Shown one piece after another: positions 27,001-40,917 of a stretch of 64,000 bases of DNA. Within the stretch, counting starts at the first letter, position 1. The number at the start of each line of letters is the position of its first letter. The stretch spans positions 39,410,788 through 39,474,787 of the forward strand of contig CM120640.1 of the NCBI GenBank assembly GCA_051362555.1. Reading direction: 5' to 3'. Under the pieces are notes generated by a model. That model ran no database searches. It saw only the letters and a list, made by a program, of their open reading frames with translations, and was not told the DNA's origin. The translations under genes were made by a program, and so were the position numbers. This stretch comes from Lingula anatina (lineage: Eukaryota > Animalia > Brachiopoda).

Positions 27001-28094
27001 ACGAGCCAGATCAGCAATTTTTTGGCCAGGCATGTCAGGTGACATTAATGATTTTGTTTCCAAGTGCCCCATTTGTCTCGTGCAGAGAAATAACAACCCT
27101 AAACAACCTTTGCAGCCACACCCCATCCCTGATTACCCCTGGCAAACAGTTGCCACTGACTTGTTTACATGGGATGGAAAGGATTTTATAGTTGTAGTTG
27201 ATTATTACAGTCGATACTTTGAGGTAGCTCAACTTACCTCTACTCAAAGTTATCAGGTAATCAGCAAGTTAAAGGTTATATTTGCTAGATTTGGAATCCC
27301 AGAAACTGTCATTTCAGACAATGGTCCTCAGTACCCCTCTCAGGAGTTCACTGATTTCTCTAAGCAATATGATTTCAAACATGTGACCTCCAGCCCCAAT
27401 TACCCTCAGTCCAACGGACTAGCTGAGAAATATGTCCAAATTGTAAAGAGACTGTTTGAAAAGTCAAAGTCTGATAAATCTGACCCTAATTTGGCCTTAT
27501 TGGAATACAGGGTGTCCCCCCTTGACATCGGATACTCCCCAGCGCAGTTATTACAAGGACGGCAGTTGCGTTCTGTTTTACCTGCCACCAATCAACAGTT
27601 GTGTCCCCAGTTCATTGATCCTGGAAAGGTCAAACATAAGATAGATTCAAATCGTCAAAAGCAGAAGAAATTTTATGACCATGGTTCCCGAACCCCTTCC
27701 CCCTATAACTGTAGGTGAGTCAGTCAGATTTCAGCGAAATGACAAGTTATGGAAACCTGCCAATGTCATTGATAAGGTGAATGAAAATTCATTTGTTTTA
27801 CAAGCTCCTAATGGTGGTATATATCGACGTAACAGGCGTCATATTCTCAAAACAAAAGAGCCCAATGTTCCTCATGACACTGACCCACAAGTGCCTATTT
27901 GCACTGAGAATCTGGTTAATAAATCCAGTGATCTTAAAATTCTAGCAGATCACCCAAAGCCTGCTGTAAATGCCCCAGTTAAGTCCCCAGTTAAAGTCAA
28001 ATCAACCCCTCAGAAAGATGAATGTCATTCGCCCCAGCCCTATGTAACACGAGCTGGCAGAGTTTGCAAACAAAAAATTATAGAATCTATGTAA
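24068..28094 (+). pseudogene. Disrupted gag-pol polyprotein of the LTR element
   Basis: Gag with two Cys/His knuckles (CDNCGYEH...C, CNNCKKFNHFAKKC), protease IDTGSQVN, RT LVDDIIVFG, RNase H TDASKYGLG/EKE/TDHKPL, integrase HHCC + DDE (TDLF, SDNGPQY, NGLAEK). Lesions: frameshift ~24145, TAA at 25650-25652, deletion/frameshift ~26185, frameshift ~27695. Confidence 0.92.
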
Positions 28095-28299
28095 TTTTTG
28101 CAAAGTGATATAAAAGACTTTAGAGGAAATTACCCTTGGACAAAAGGATATGAACTTAACTTTATCAAGAATTTTTTCAATGACAGTATATGTTTACTAT
28201 TGGATACACATATCTGACAGGCAGGACTAACAAGCACATACTGCCAGTGCAGGGATATTTCACCAAGACTATGACTGTTAACACCCAGGACATTTGATT

Positions 28300-28312
28300 G
28301 AAGAAAGGGAGA
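28300..28312 (+). promoter_or_regulatory. Polypurine tract
   Basis: GAAGAAAGGGAGA immediately 5' of the 3' LTR. Confidence 0.85.
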
Positions 28313-28591
28313 TGTAACATTATCTTCTTGTTTTTGGTAAATGTCATCAAAGTTCACAAGCTTCCATTAGTGGCATTCTTTGAATGACCCTTGGTCACCT
28401 ACAGATTACACTTGATGACAGTTCTCAGCCATTGTTAAAGTAAACAGGTGTTCCTCATACTTTTTAATGTACATGTATATACAAGCCTAGCACTTCATAA
28501 TAAACTTTCGTAGAAGTCAGACGCATTGTTGTTGTCTCTCTCCTGAATAGAGTCCCGCACGTTGGACTCAGTAAAGAGCCATCATATTACA
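28313..28591 (+). repeat. 3' LTR (279 bp)
   Basis: 277/279 identical to the 5' LTR and followed by the CCTAG TSD. Confidence 0.97.
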
Positions 28592-29144
28592 CCTAGGAGG
28601 TCGCCAAAAAGGTATTTAGCTCTCAATCTGAAATGGTGTGAAGAAAAACTTCAACATTCTTGCTTCAACTTGTAAAATGATCTTTATCTGACCCCAAATG
28701 CAACATTCTTGTTAATCTCCAAGGATGTGCTGTCATTCTTTATAACACACTGCGCTTATCAGAACATTTTTCAGTTTTTCTACCTTCCCACTTTGTATTC
28801 TTTCATAAAATTCAGTAATATAGCCTCCTGAATTTTGGAAACACAAGCCAATTTTTTTTCGGTATGGCAATTAATTGAGAGCTATGCCGTTCATACTGCT
28901 GGACCTATTGGCCCATTACACTGTGGAAATAACCTCAGCATCAATATCTCCATCAAAGTTTATGCACCCAATATGTTGCCTCACTTGGTTGACCTTCTGC
29001 TGCATGTGGTCTTCCTTTCTTCAGCACAGCCTGCAAACTGAACTTGGGTGACTTCATGAGACCAAGGAAACTGGAGGAGCCTCTATGCCAACTTCAGTGG
29101 CAGAACCCCAGGAATGCTAATAGACGGTGTGACACCATCTGTTT

Positions 29145-29187
29145 CTTAGTGTTGGAACCAGTAACTTAGTGTTGGAACCAGTAACTT
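29145..29187. repeat. Perfect 20-bp tandem duplication just downstream of the GTF3C3 stop codon
   Basis: CTTAGTGTTGGAACCAGTAA occurs twice in tandem. Confidence 0.9.
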
Positions 29188-29220
29188 CATACAATGCAGC
29201 CTGACCACCTCTAAACTGGA

Positions 29221-32200
29221 TCATATAACACAATACTTCTGCAGTAACAGCTGTGCCATCTGGGGGGAGCCTGAAGACTTGTAGATCAGTGACAAGTTGT
29301 AAGCTGTTTCTCGTCGCAAGTCAAAGAGCTCCTATGAGAAAAAGGTAACAATATAATACAGAATAGTAAATTTCATTTTCTTTGTTTATTACATTTTTGT
29401 TCCTTAATTTTAGTCAGCATATATGGGTAGATATTTAATCTTTTAATGTCTATTTACCTGGTCTTCTCCACTTATAGCAGGGTCAAGATCTAGGGCTTTC
29501 TGGTAGTAAAATATTGATGCATGAAACAAGCCTAAATAAAGAAAATGATAGTAGATTTATGTTTATGACATATTATAATTCCAAATACCTAATACAAGTA
29601 AACCAACACTACTCAACAACGATTTTTCCCAAATTTTGATCAGAAACATGGAGTTTATTTATTTATGCATGAAAGCTTTAAAATCTCATAACAAAATCTC
29701 TTTCATTATAACTAGCAATTGTCAAGTTACTTCACCCTGCACAAATCAGGATACACATGTACAGTATTACACTGTAGCCTATAAAACATTTACCTTTTAA
29801 GTTTAAAACAATGAACCCGTAGGTACCAGGTGCTTACCTAACTGCTGCATTGCTCTGCCTAGATTGTAGTAAACCTCCTGACATTCTCCCCTCAGCTCCT
29901 TGTATCTGTTCAGGAAGGACACACCCTGCAATACAGATGAGGTCTAATAATTTTCTTGTGTCTTTCATTAATAATTTCCTTACACTACATACCAGCTTCA
30001 TCTCATCACATTTCAAGAGATTTTTCATTAAAATGCTAAAAAAAAAAAAAAAACTGAATTACAGGAGATCATCAAATATTTAAGTTTGTGTAGCTTGATA
30101 ACCTAATTTCATCAAAGATGGTGCATGAAAGATCATCAATCGGTTATAAAAGACACTATATTCTACAAAGTACCTGTACAACAGTGGCATGTCTTTTGGC
30201 TGTGAATTTCTGTGAGGCAATATTGATAAGTGTCATCCCTATAACCAGGTTCAGCAAAGCATTATCTGGCTCCTGACGGTACACAGAGATGTATTCACCT
30301 GCAGTAGGTATTTTGTAAAATGTACAGATATTTACTTTTACTGGTAACAGAAATGTATTTATCCTATTGCAAATATGTAATATATAAGAGAATGATTTCA
30401 TGCCTCTTGATACCCAAATGATATTCATTATCAGAATAATAAAATCTGTTTTATACAAACACCATGGTAAAAAAGGTGGACTCTTTTGGTAATACCCAGA
30501 CAATGTTGATCCAAAAAAAACAAAGGTTGAATTTTACTGGTCTCTGCTAACTCGTGATAAGTGATACCTTTATCATATCATTTCATGGCTTGCTACAAAG
30601 TATTTCTCACCCAAAGCACTCTTGTATGTCCCAAACACAGATGAATTGTGGCCATTCAGCATACCAAGTGCTTTGTTTTCTGGATACTGAAATCAAATTG
30701 CACAATAATCAGATCATCTTCTGAGAAGCAGTACATAATGTACAGAAAAATTAATCTTTAAACTATTTGCACAGCTCTATAATACCGACCTCTTTTGAAA
30801 CTGTGGATGACATGCCCAATAAAAATAACATTACCTTCATCATCATTCTGAGTAGAAAGCGGTTGTGTCTGATGTCAGTGGTCAAGCTGATCACCTGACA
30901 GAACAGATTCCAGGCTGGAGTGTTTGACATATCCTGAAAGGATAAAAAGCATTTACCTTTTTATGAGGATTAACATCCATGATCATTTTTTGAAAACATT
31001 ATCCCTTTCCTGTCCAGGTAAATTTGAAACTCAACATACTAAAAATCAACATTTAAAAGAAACTCACAAAATAAAATATTGGTCTATTTTATGCTACCTG
31101 TAAGATGAAGATTGAGATAAAATTAATTGCATACTACGTGTTATAATATGTGCTAATGCAGACATACACTTAACAAATATGAAAGCTCATGACAGTAATC
31201 CCACAAGTACAAAATTGCTTCATGTTATAGAAGTAGTGCATGTCACTCACCCTGAGCACTATTTCCTTTATAAAGGCGTATGCTAGTTCACCATTCTTGT
31301 TGAGAACACAGGCAATCAGACATTTCCACTCCAGCTCTTGGTACTGAAAAATAAGACAAAATATATACACTGCAATGAAAATTGCAAGATTACTAATTAA
31401 AACCAGAACCAATTTTTCAGTTTTCCTGTCAAAGTTGGGGAGGGGGGGGGGGGGGGAGGGGTCAAAACTGAGATCAGGTGCAATAACATTTTGAAAAAAA
31501 CATTCCATTCCCGGACATAATAGTTCTTACTCATATACCCCAGGCCCATTTACCTTCTTTAGTAATTCTGTTCAAATTTTGCTTCACTTATAGACTGGTA
31601 AACAATTTAACATTAAGACTATTTATCAGAAAAAGGTGATTATCTTGTCTTGCAGTCTTGAAAAGAATATGTTCTGACATCTGTGACAGTGAACTAACCC
31701 TTTCTTTTTCTGTGTCATTGATGTTATTGCACAGAGCAGGACATGTCAAAGTCATACAGGACAAGTCCTCCATTTCAGCATACATTTCTTTCTCAGCCAG
31801 ACCTTCATATACCTGCAAGTTAATAATTGTGTTTCTTCAAAAAACAATAATAATACGTTTACCAAAAAAGTAACTCTATTTTTGAAGACTAATTTAAAAT
31901 TAAAAAGCTTACCAACAAGACAACTACAACATCTTTAAAGATAACCATACTATAACTGTTATAACATCTGTATTATTTTGAATTCTCATACCTTGTTGTA
32001 CAAGTCCCAAAGGTCTTCTGCTGTTACTCCAGATCCACTCTGTAATGCTGGCACTGGAAGATAAAAAACATTATAAAGACAATGAAAAAGTCCACCAACA
32101 CCCTTTTTTATAACATCACAAAACAAATAGCAAAGTTAGATGCTCCACAAATACCAATGCTTTATATCATGCTAATATGCTAAAGTTGTGATTTAAACTA

Positions 32201-35200
32201 GGAAAAACAATCTATTATATAAAGAAGAAAAAATTATTAACTTGCATCTTTCATACATTTTCTTCATAAAATGGAATTTTCCTTAAAAATACATACATAG
32301 CACGCTTAAATTTTGATGTATATTAATCATAAGTACAAAACTTAAGTTTACATAATTCAAACAAACTTATTATCACCCTATTCTGGCCTTTTAAATAACT
32401 GAAACTGGAATAACAAATTTTATTGACACTCTTGCCTGTTTTAATTTTATTTTCTATTTCAACACCAAGGGTTGTTTTGATAGCTTCAAATTTTCCTTTC
32501 TGGGCTTGGGCATGCATCATGGCTGAAAGAAAACATGTAGGCACATCCTTTGAACATTGGTTAAAAATAAGAAAACACATTAACATTATGTGTACATTAT
32601 GTGTACATTATTCATAAGTCCATGATCATACACTGTATGATATCACCTTAAATGTTTTGCACTGTTTCTCCACAAATGTATCTTGCTGAGTAATTAGAGT
32701 AGAAAACAACAGTTATTTTTAATATTTTGCATGAACAACTGACCCTTTTTAATGGCTGGTGTTAATTTGTAAGCAAAAAGTAGCCTCTTTGTGATCTTTA
32801 AACACTCTTCCATTTTGCCTTGGGAACACAACAGCATGGATTTATGCAGCAGCAGACGTACATCCTGCAGCAAAAAAAAAGTTATGTACCTGTGTTATGG
32901 TGATTATTTACATTTGTGTAAATTCAAACCCCCCTTGATCAAGGGAAAAGAAATAAAAATCAACAATTAAAACTGACCCATAAAAATGTTAGCTACATTG
33001 TATAATCACCTGAGGGAGTAGGTCTTCCTCCTCTTCTGTAAAGCTTTCATCATCTGAAATATTCAAAACAGTTTATACGCTTCACTTTCTAGATCTCATC
33101 TACTCAAATATTTTGCTGCTGTATCTAATTTGTATTTATTTCATTCACTTGCCAGTATTCTTTAGACAATTTTTGCTTCATGACATGGCTGTACTATACA
33201 CATTTCTGAAAATAATGATCCAAATCATTTCAGATTATATCCAAATCTTGATAAATTTTTGAAAAGATCTTACCTTGAGACAAAGCTTTCAAAGCTTCCT
33301 CAGGCTTCCCCAGCTGTTGTTGTATATTGGACAGAGACACCCTGGCAGAGTAGTGAGAGGGAGCCTGTTCAACCACATGTTTATAGGCGTCAGCTGCCAT
33401 CTGGAGCTCTCCTAATGCACTCAGGCACTCTGCATACCGTAACCAAACAGCAGGCTGGGAAAATTAAATACTTATCAAAAGGGACTATTTTGCAAAATGT
33501 GCCCATGTCTTCAATGGTGTTTCATGCTGGTAGTGAAATGTAACTGAGACTTGTAGAATAAAACTTGCTACATGTGGGAAAGAGACAATTTGACGAGAGT
33601 TTCTATAACAGTTACTATGAATATACAATATAAGCAAATTCCATATTGTATAAATACACTGTTGTTACCTACCAGGTTGTATTTTTCAGAGTGGACTAAT
33701 TTGTTGAGAATAGATTTTGCTAGTCTGTTGTCAGTCTTGTCCATGTATGCCTCAGCCACATCCAGGTACAGGTCTCCATAATCATTGGGTGTCTCTTCAA
33801 ACAATGGGCGCAGGACACTCTAAAATTTGACAGATTAATATTTGTTTGGGCACAGCCAAGTAAATTCAGTACAAAACTGCCTAAAACCATAACTTAACAT
33901 TATAAAATCAGAGAGATTTATTAAAATATTATTAGCTTAGGGTGTTAAAAATTATGTCTATGCTTATCCTAAGCAAACTCCCTTTCTTTCAGTATGATTT
34001 TAGTGCACAGTCTGTACTTGCCTCTACTGGCGTGTAGAAACCAAGCTGGATAAGAAGAACACCAACTTTTACCCTCAGATCTATGGGAAGAACATCAGGA
34101 ACCTGACAACTGAAAAACAACAACTTAAGGTATTATTACAGTACAGTATCACCTATTGGTAAACATGCCTTGTGTCCCCATTTTTTCATTAAAACATTTT
34201 CATCAAATTTTACACAGCTAGTGTCACACAGACAAGAGTTTTCAAAACTCAAAACATGGAGATATAAATACAATCCCATTAAAACAAGAAAAACAGTATA
34301 TAATCTGCAAAGGGAACAAACAGGTTGAAGAGCAAACATTTATTCATTTGATTTTTTTTCAATGGGTACTTTTTAAGATGAAAGAAAAATGTGCTCCCCC
34401 CCCCCCCAAAAAAAAAATATTCACAATTTTTGACAGAGCATCCCCCCCCCCCTTAAAATCTCATAAGTCAATTACCTAACTGGATGCAGTCCTTTTAAAA
34501 TAACATTGTGCATATTGACAGGTTCCTCATCATCAGGAATGTTCAATTCAAGCTTAAGGCCACAGTTGTCTATTAAAACCTGAAACATACAGAAGATGTA
34601 GAAACTATAAGAAAATAATTTTAGGCCCAAAATAGCTCACTTGTTTATTGCTTTAGTCTAAGGTTTCATTAATAAGCAAATGTGCTAAAATGCAGATGAG
34701 ATATAACCAGCTCTGCATCAATTTTTAAACTCCTGGTTGTAATTATTTTATACACAGAGCTTTGGTATAAATAAATAACTGAAAGTGAATGTGAGGTGTG
34801 CAAAAATATTCCTTCCATTTTGGAATTCAGAGTATAAAACGGTTGGAATGTCATACCTGAAAGGCTTGCTCATAATTTTTCTGTGCCATGTGGAGCTCCA
34901 CCATGACATTCACATCTAAAAAATAGGTATAAAACAATGAAAGCTGAGAATGCAACAGTTTAAAGCACAAAATAAACATGATGCACATAGAGGCAAGCTG
35001 AATGCTGATAACAAGCTTTATTGAGGACATACAGTATTTGTCACCTTGAAAAGAAGACATACCTTCTGATGTGATAAATGAGGGATGTAGCTGAAAGGTT
35101 TTGGACATAGTCTCAAGTGCAGATTTAACATCACCCATTTCATGATAGTTCTGTAAGCATAAAAATTTTAAATAATTATGACTCGTTATGGCCACAGAAT

Positions 35201-38200
35201 ATCACATTGTTATGTTTTGTGAAGACAGTTTTAACTTCTTAATTCACACATTGAATTTACCAACAAATTTGTTGAATAATCATACAAGCTACAATGTAAA
35301 TATCAATTCAATTATCAAGATACAAACACAGAAACATGCAATCAAAAACATCAATTATCTAACACTAATGGTTACCTTGGTCACCTCCCTAGCTAATTGG
35401 ACATATTCTTCACCATTTTCTTTGGGCAGTATGTTCATTATCTGGTGGTAACCCTCCAGTGCATGCTTTAAGTCACCCATCTTCTCCAGGAGTTTACATC
35501 TGTCAACCATCACATCTTTGTTTGTCTTGTCATATTTCACAGCTGAAACATGAGATGTATTATCTCATCACATTCTTAATCTTACCAAGTATTGTAAAAT
35601 CCATTAAAAGGACGGTGCATCAGTTTTGAAACTGAGGATTTAGTCTACTGAGACAAAACAGATATTGTTCTTACCTTTAGTATAGCAATGTAAGGCCTGC
35701 TGTTCATTGTTTAGTTCAAGAGACATTTCTGCCAGTTTTATCCATTCTTCAGGGTCATTGGGGTTAAGATGGGCAGCTATTAAAGAAAGCTGAAATATAA
35801 AAGAACACGTAGATAACAGGAAAGTATAATAATAATTGTCGGTCAATACCAAAAAAATGTTGAAGGCTATCTACATTTGCGCTGTATGAGGGATGAGGAA
35901 GGCGGGTCCTGTGGTGCACTTGACTTTCAACACTCTGTGAGATGCCATAATCCATATGCATTTTCTGTAATTATAGTTAATCAAGGCTTTTCCCTAATTG
36001 AAAAGGAGGTATGTCCAGATTAGAGCCTAAAACCATATTAACTAGGTTCAGGTGGACCTGCACAAGAACATGGAAGTCAAATCCAACTAGCTAAGGGGCC
36101 TTTGTCATGCCATTGAACAGAATAAGAAAACCCAAAGTCCCAGGTCCAAGTAACGGTGAAGCCTATGAACAAAGGAATGACCAATGGCAAGAATAGCCAT
36201 CTTGCAAAAAGTAAACAAGTTGAAGTGAAGATTACCATATCTCTATGATTCATATAGATATGAAACATTTCAAGCCGCTTCAAACAGTTTTGCAACTTTT
36301 AGTACTTTGCCTTTCATGTTTCTCATCACTGTTCCTACCTGCAATGACTTTTCCGTGTCTCCCATTTCTTCATATAACATTCCAAGAGTCTGGTATGGCT
36401 CATATGCAGTGGGCACTACAAATTTCAAGAAGACAGTACAAGTACCAAATCAACAACATTTTGATACAAGTACAATGGGGAATATCATCTCTTATAAATA
36501 AGCAAATGATCTACAAATGCACAAAAATGGTTGAAAATGCTGACCTTCTTATTTTCATTCTTCTTTTGTATATTGTGAATAGATATACATGCATAATTAA
36601 AGAAAATGTGGCGATTCTATTTTATAAAACTTTGTTATAATAAAGAGAAGCAAGAGCAGCCTTAAACTGCCTTCAGCAGGCCTTAAAAGGCTATGCATAT
36701 AAATATACAGGAAATATTGAGGACCAAACAAACTGAATGATCACGCTGTTATAAAACCAACCTTAACCTCACCTTGCCTGATGCACTCATTACACATGGC
36801 TATTGCCTCTTGGGTTTCACCGCGGGCAAATTTGAGGTTGGCTTCTCCCATCAGACCTTGGAGCTCCTTGGGTAGCTTAGTCCTCTTGGCTCTCTGAAAT
36901 CGTTCACATTCTCAAAGATCAATTTTCTCCTAGTCCAGCAGTTGAAATGCTCTGTCAAAAATATTTTCAGACAAGACAATGATGAATTGATGATAAATCA
37001 TTATAAGTTTTAGATTTCTTGTGTCAATTTAGATCAACTTTTGCATCTTGTGTAATTTTTTAGTTGAGCCTTGATGTGGTTATATATGAATATAATTTTT
37101 TAAAAACCTTCATAAAGTTATAAATAAATATACCAGTGAAAAATGAAATATTTTCTCAGAGAGAAGTAATAGCCCAAAAAGGACCACACTTTAAAATTGT
37201 CAAATAACATGCTGAGTGAACCAAGAAGTGCTTTGCCATGAGCCCAGCCCTCACACATGGCTCCCAGAGATGGAGACAACTGGAGCCAGATTCAGTATGG
37301 CAGCGCCATCATGACCTAGGAGGGTTAACAGGCCTCATAAATGATAACTGCTCACATGAGCCTTAGATTCGGGAGCACAAATGCCTATTCTGTTTATAAG
37401 GCCTGGTTAAAGAACCTATTAAATTAGACAAAAATGTTAACTGAGACTGGTGTAAATTTATCTATCAAGTGATATATACAAATTAACAAACATGTATATA
37501 ACCATACCCTCCTACGTTTTCTTGGCGTAGCAGGCAATTCACCAACTGTGGTACTGGTTTCAGCACTGGGTTCTGCATCAGAGTCTCCTAGAGGGATGAA
37601 TAAGATTTTAATGTACAAGATAATATCAATTCCAAATAATCAATCAATACAGAGAAAAAAGTCTTTATAGAGACAGTTTATAAGATTTTTACAATTTTTA
37701 AGTTTCTGATTTTCTATTTCTAAAGACAGCCTATACTTTTCTATTTTCTTCTTTTTTTGTTGAATTAGAGTGTATTGCACAACAGCATAACTTCAACATG
37801 TTTTGAAGGCCACTTTTGTATTGATCTTGAGTGATATTTTCACTTGAACATGATACAGAGATGGCTGGCAAGAACTAAAAGATTGCTCATAACATGAAAG
37901 TCTGTTTACTAAATTTTTTGGGCTAAACTCCCATTTTTGGTATCTTGTGGCATATAAATATGTGCACTAATGACAAAAAATATATTAAAAAACACACTGA
38001 TAAACAGTATTTATATCAAGTACATAAATATCTTAAAACAATTAATGCCCTAGCTTTAAGTTTAAAATCACTGAAACCCAGGCAATGCCCTATGTAATTA
38101 ATTCTAGTTCTAAAACATACCACTTTGAGACTGCTCCATATCCTGGACCATTTTGGTCAGCTTCTCAATGTCCAGAGGTTGGTCAGCTGTCTCTAGGGAC

Positions 38201-38791
38201 ACAACATTTTCCTCTTTACGTCGTTTAGACCTGACAGCATCTTGTAACTGGAGAAATGTCATTTCACCTAAAGAACACCATTATAAAGGATAGGAGGTTA
38301 AAATGAATATAACATAGGGTGACAGTATTCAAAGTGTTTTTCCTTTAACTGATATCAAAATGTTAATCTTAATTTATTTATTATGCAATTAATATTAGTA
38401 AAATGATGCCTGACCATGTTTTGATAACAAGCCTTGTTAGTAAATGTGATAGCTTTGACTAACACGAGAGATATGCTGTATCTAACACTTACAATACAAT
38501 AATCACATTAATGTTCTTCAACACATATAATGTACATGTAAGTTGATATACATCATATCATATCATATCAGTCATAGTAAAGAGAAATTTGTTAACACAT
38601 CTTCACCAACCTTTCAGATACTTTGTTATTAAATCAGAAGAAGGATGCTGGCCAGGGGACAAGAGATCATCAAATGTTATGTCCATTTCATCATCTTCAT
38701 CATCATTCTCACTGTCCATTGGGCTTGCAGTCGTCTCCTGGTTTGCCTGAGCAAGGAAAAGTTCCATGGGACCAGGATTGCTCTGAGCCAT
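29221..38791 (-). CDS. GTF3C3: General transcription factor 3C polypeptide 3 (TFIIIC102, TPR protein), >20 exons
   Basis: LQGLMGEANLKFARG, EPYQTLGMLYEEMGD, IAAHLNP, GDLYLDVAEAY, QEVYYNLGRA and C-terminal DLRRETAYNLSLIYKSSG...KYCVI*, all matching recalled GTF3C3. Confidence 0.93.
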
Positions 38792-39429
38792 GATTCCTGA
38801 TGTTTGTGTAAAAGATTAAATAGCAACTCAACTGAAACAAGAAAACAAAATTCTGACTAATTACATTATTGAATACTGTCAAATTTTCTTTTCTAAACAA
38901 TAATAATATAATAATTTAAGTGCATAAGTCGATCAGGAAGACTTTAATCAGCTGTGTTATGCACACAAAGTTTAAATAAGTGATTGTTCTAACAACAGTT
39001 ACATATTAAAATTAACTAATCTCTTTCCTTCTTAAAGAGTTGGGGGGGGGGGCTGCAAGCATGCACACTTCTAGTACGACCTAAGGTACATGTACATGTA
39101 CATGTAGACGCAACTACATTTGTACAGTACTATACTGGTACTGTACTATGAAACATTAGAAAAATGAAGTGGTGATAACTGATTTTCAGCTCTAGTTGTA
39201 TTTTAGCGTTACGTTTGTGACACCATTTCCGTCAGTGTAAAATCACACCTGGAACCTATGTAAATTGTTTGCAATTTGCAAAAGTTTTAACAGTTTTCAA
39301 CTTGTGCAAACTACAATCAACGCAATGGTAAGGTAAGGGCTTTTAAGTTAACGTTATTACTATTGGAAACATAGATTCGTAGCACTAATATTAGCTATTA
39401 TACATGACATATATGCTACAATACACTGT

Positions 39430-39812
39430 AACTAACTCGATGAGTGAATGTTTTTCCCACAAATGCAAAGGGCACGTCATTAATAATCATGCAGCAGCGT
39501 CGATGGTAGACTTTCTTCTAGTCCACCCGCCACCTGCTTCCTGTAGAGGGCGCTGTAAATCTCCGTCCTAATTTTATTCATAACCAAAACATCAACATCG
39601 AACGGAATTTCGTTACAAAAATTCTTACAAGCCTCACATCTTACTAAATAGAGTATTCGCATCAAATTTTATCTTCTGCTATTCATGACTGACTTAACAT
39701 AAAATATCAAAACAACAACGATCTAGTGTTAACGTTATTATCAATTTCCTACTGCAGTGCCTGATTCTCCTTCGTCTCAATTTTCTGACGTACCCGTATG
39801 ATCAAAACAAAA
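39430..39812. promoter_or_regulatory. Bidirectional promoter GTF3C3 / BSDC1 with a CTCF-like motif
   Basis: CpG-rich island between divergent genes. CCTGTAGAGGGCGCTG at 39540-39555 resembles the CTCF consensus; AAAATGGCCG (YY1-like) overlaps the BSDC1 ATG. Confidence 0.55.
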
Positions 39813-40874
39813 ATGGCCGAAGGAGGGTAAGAATAACTTTTCTTGCAAGGAAAAGGTAGTATATTAAGTATTTCTCGTGTCCACACTTATGTAACTCTTA
39901 CCGTGTCATTTTATTGCAGGTCTGATGGCGGTGACTGGTGGGGTGGATGGCTTCAGGCTGCCAAAGACAAGGTGAGATTTGCGAAGTAATTGTAAAATTC
40001 ATAACATACGAAATGCACTTTTTGACTCAGGTGACATCATCATTATAAAATGGCTATCGATTTCACATCACGCAGTTTTGGTAAGCAATGCAACATCAAA
40101 TTTTTTGACTGACATGATCTCTTTGGATGAGTGCAGTGTTGTTTAAATTGTCATAGACATTTAAGTATCCTAATCCTAGTATTGAAACACTAACTTGCTT
40201 TATCATGATTTATTTACAGACTGTTTCAGCTGTCGGATTCCTCAAACAGGACCTGGCAGAGTTTGGATGTGTGGTTCATAATGAGACCAAGGATGTGGTG
40301 GCTAAATCTGCCTCAGTGGTTAAAGATAAATTGGCAGTAAGTTGCTGAATACCTTATGATTAGGGGAAATTGTTTCTTATGTAACCCACATAGGGCTATG
40401 AGATAGTTAGGGAAAGGAATTGGTACATGTAGAACACACTGTTACGAAGAGTAAAGTACACATATGGTAGGAAAAATCATTGGATTTTACAGTAATTTAA
40501 AACAGTTTTTGCAATTTTATAATAACAAAACTTCCTGGTTGACCACATAGGGGGATGGTAGAAATGGGAGAGCAAATTTTCAACTATCTTTAGTGGCAAC
40601 ACTCGACAGTGTAACTTGCATGAAAGTAGTTTGAATGCTATCATCAATTCACTTTTCCACATTTATTGATATGTAACACACACTCTTATATATTCCATAA
40701 TTGTATATGAGGTTAGGTTAATGCACAGAATGTCAAACTTTTGAAGAAAAAATATTTGAATAACGCTCCAAGCCCTCGCCCCCCCCAAAAAAAAAAAGGG
40801 CTATTCTTTTATTTTTTATTGAAAAGTGCACTTTTACCAAATAAAATTATATATATATATTATATATACCAACC

Positions 40875-40917
<43 letters not shown>

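Larger units (their letters stand above)
23713..28591 (+). mobile_element. Full-length Ty3/Gypsy LTR retrotransposon (Mag-like), 4879 bp
   Basis: TG...CA LTRs at 23713-23991 and 28313-28591, TSD CCTAG at 23708-23712 and 28592-28596, PBS and PPT present, domain order gag-PR-RT-RH-IN. Confidence 0.97.

Noticed and set aside
23713-38791. Ty3/Gypsy element next to a TFIIIC subunit gene, echoing yeast Ty3 targeting via TFIIIB/C
   Set aside because: Ty3 targets Pol III-transcribed loci, not the gene encoding TFIIIC. No tRNA gene is seen near the insertion, so this is coincidence.
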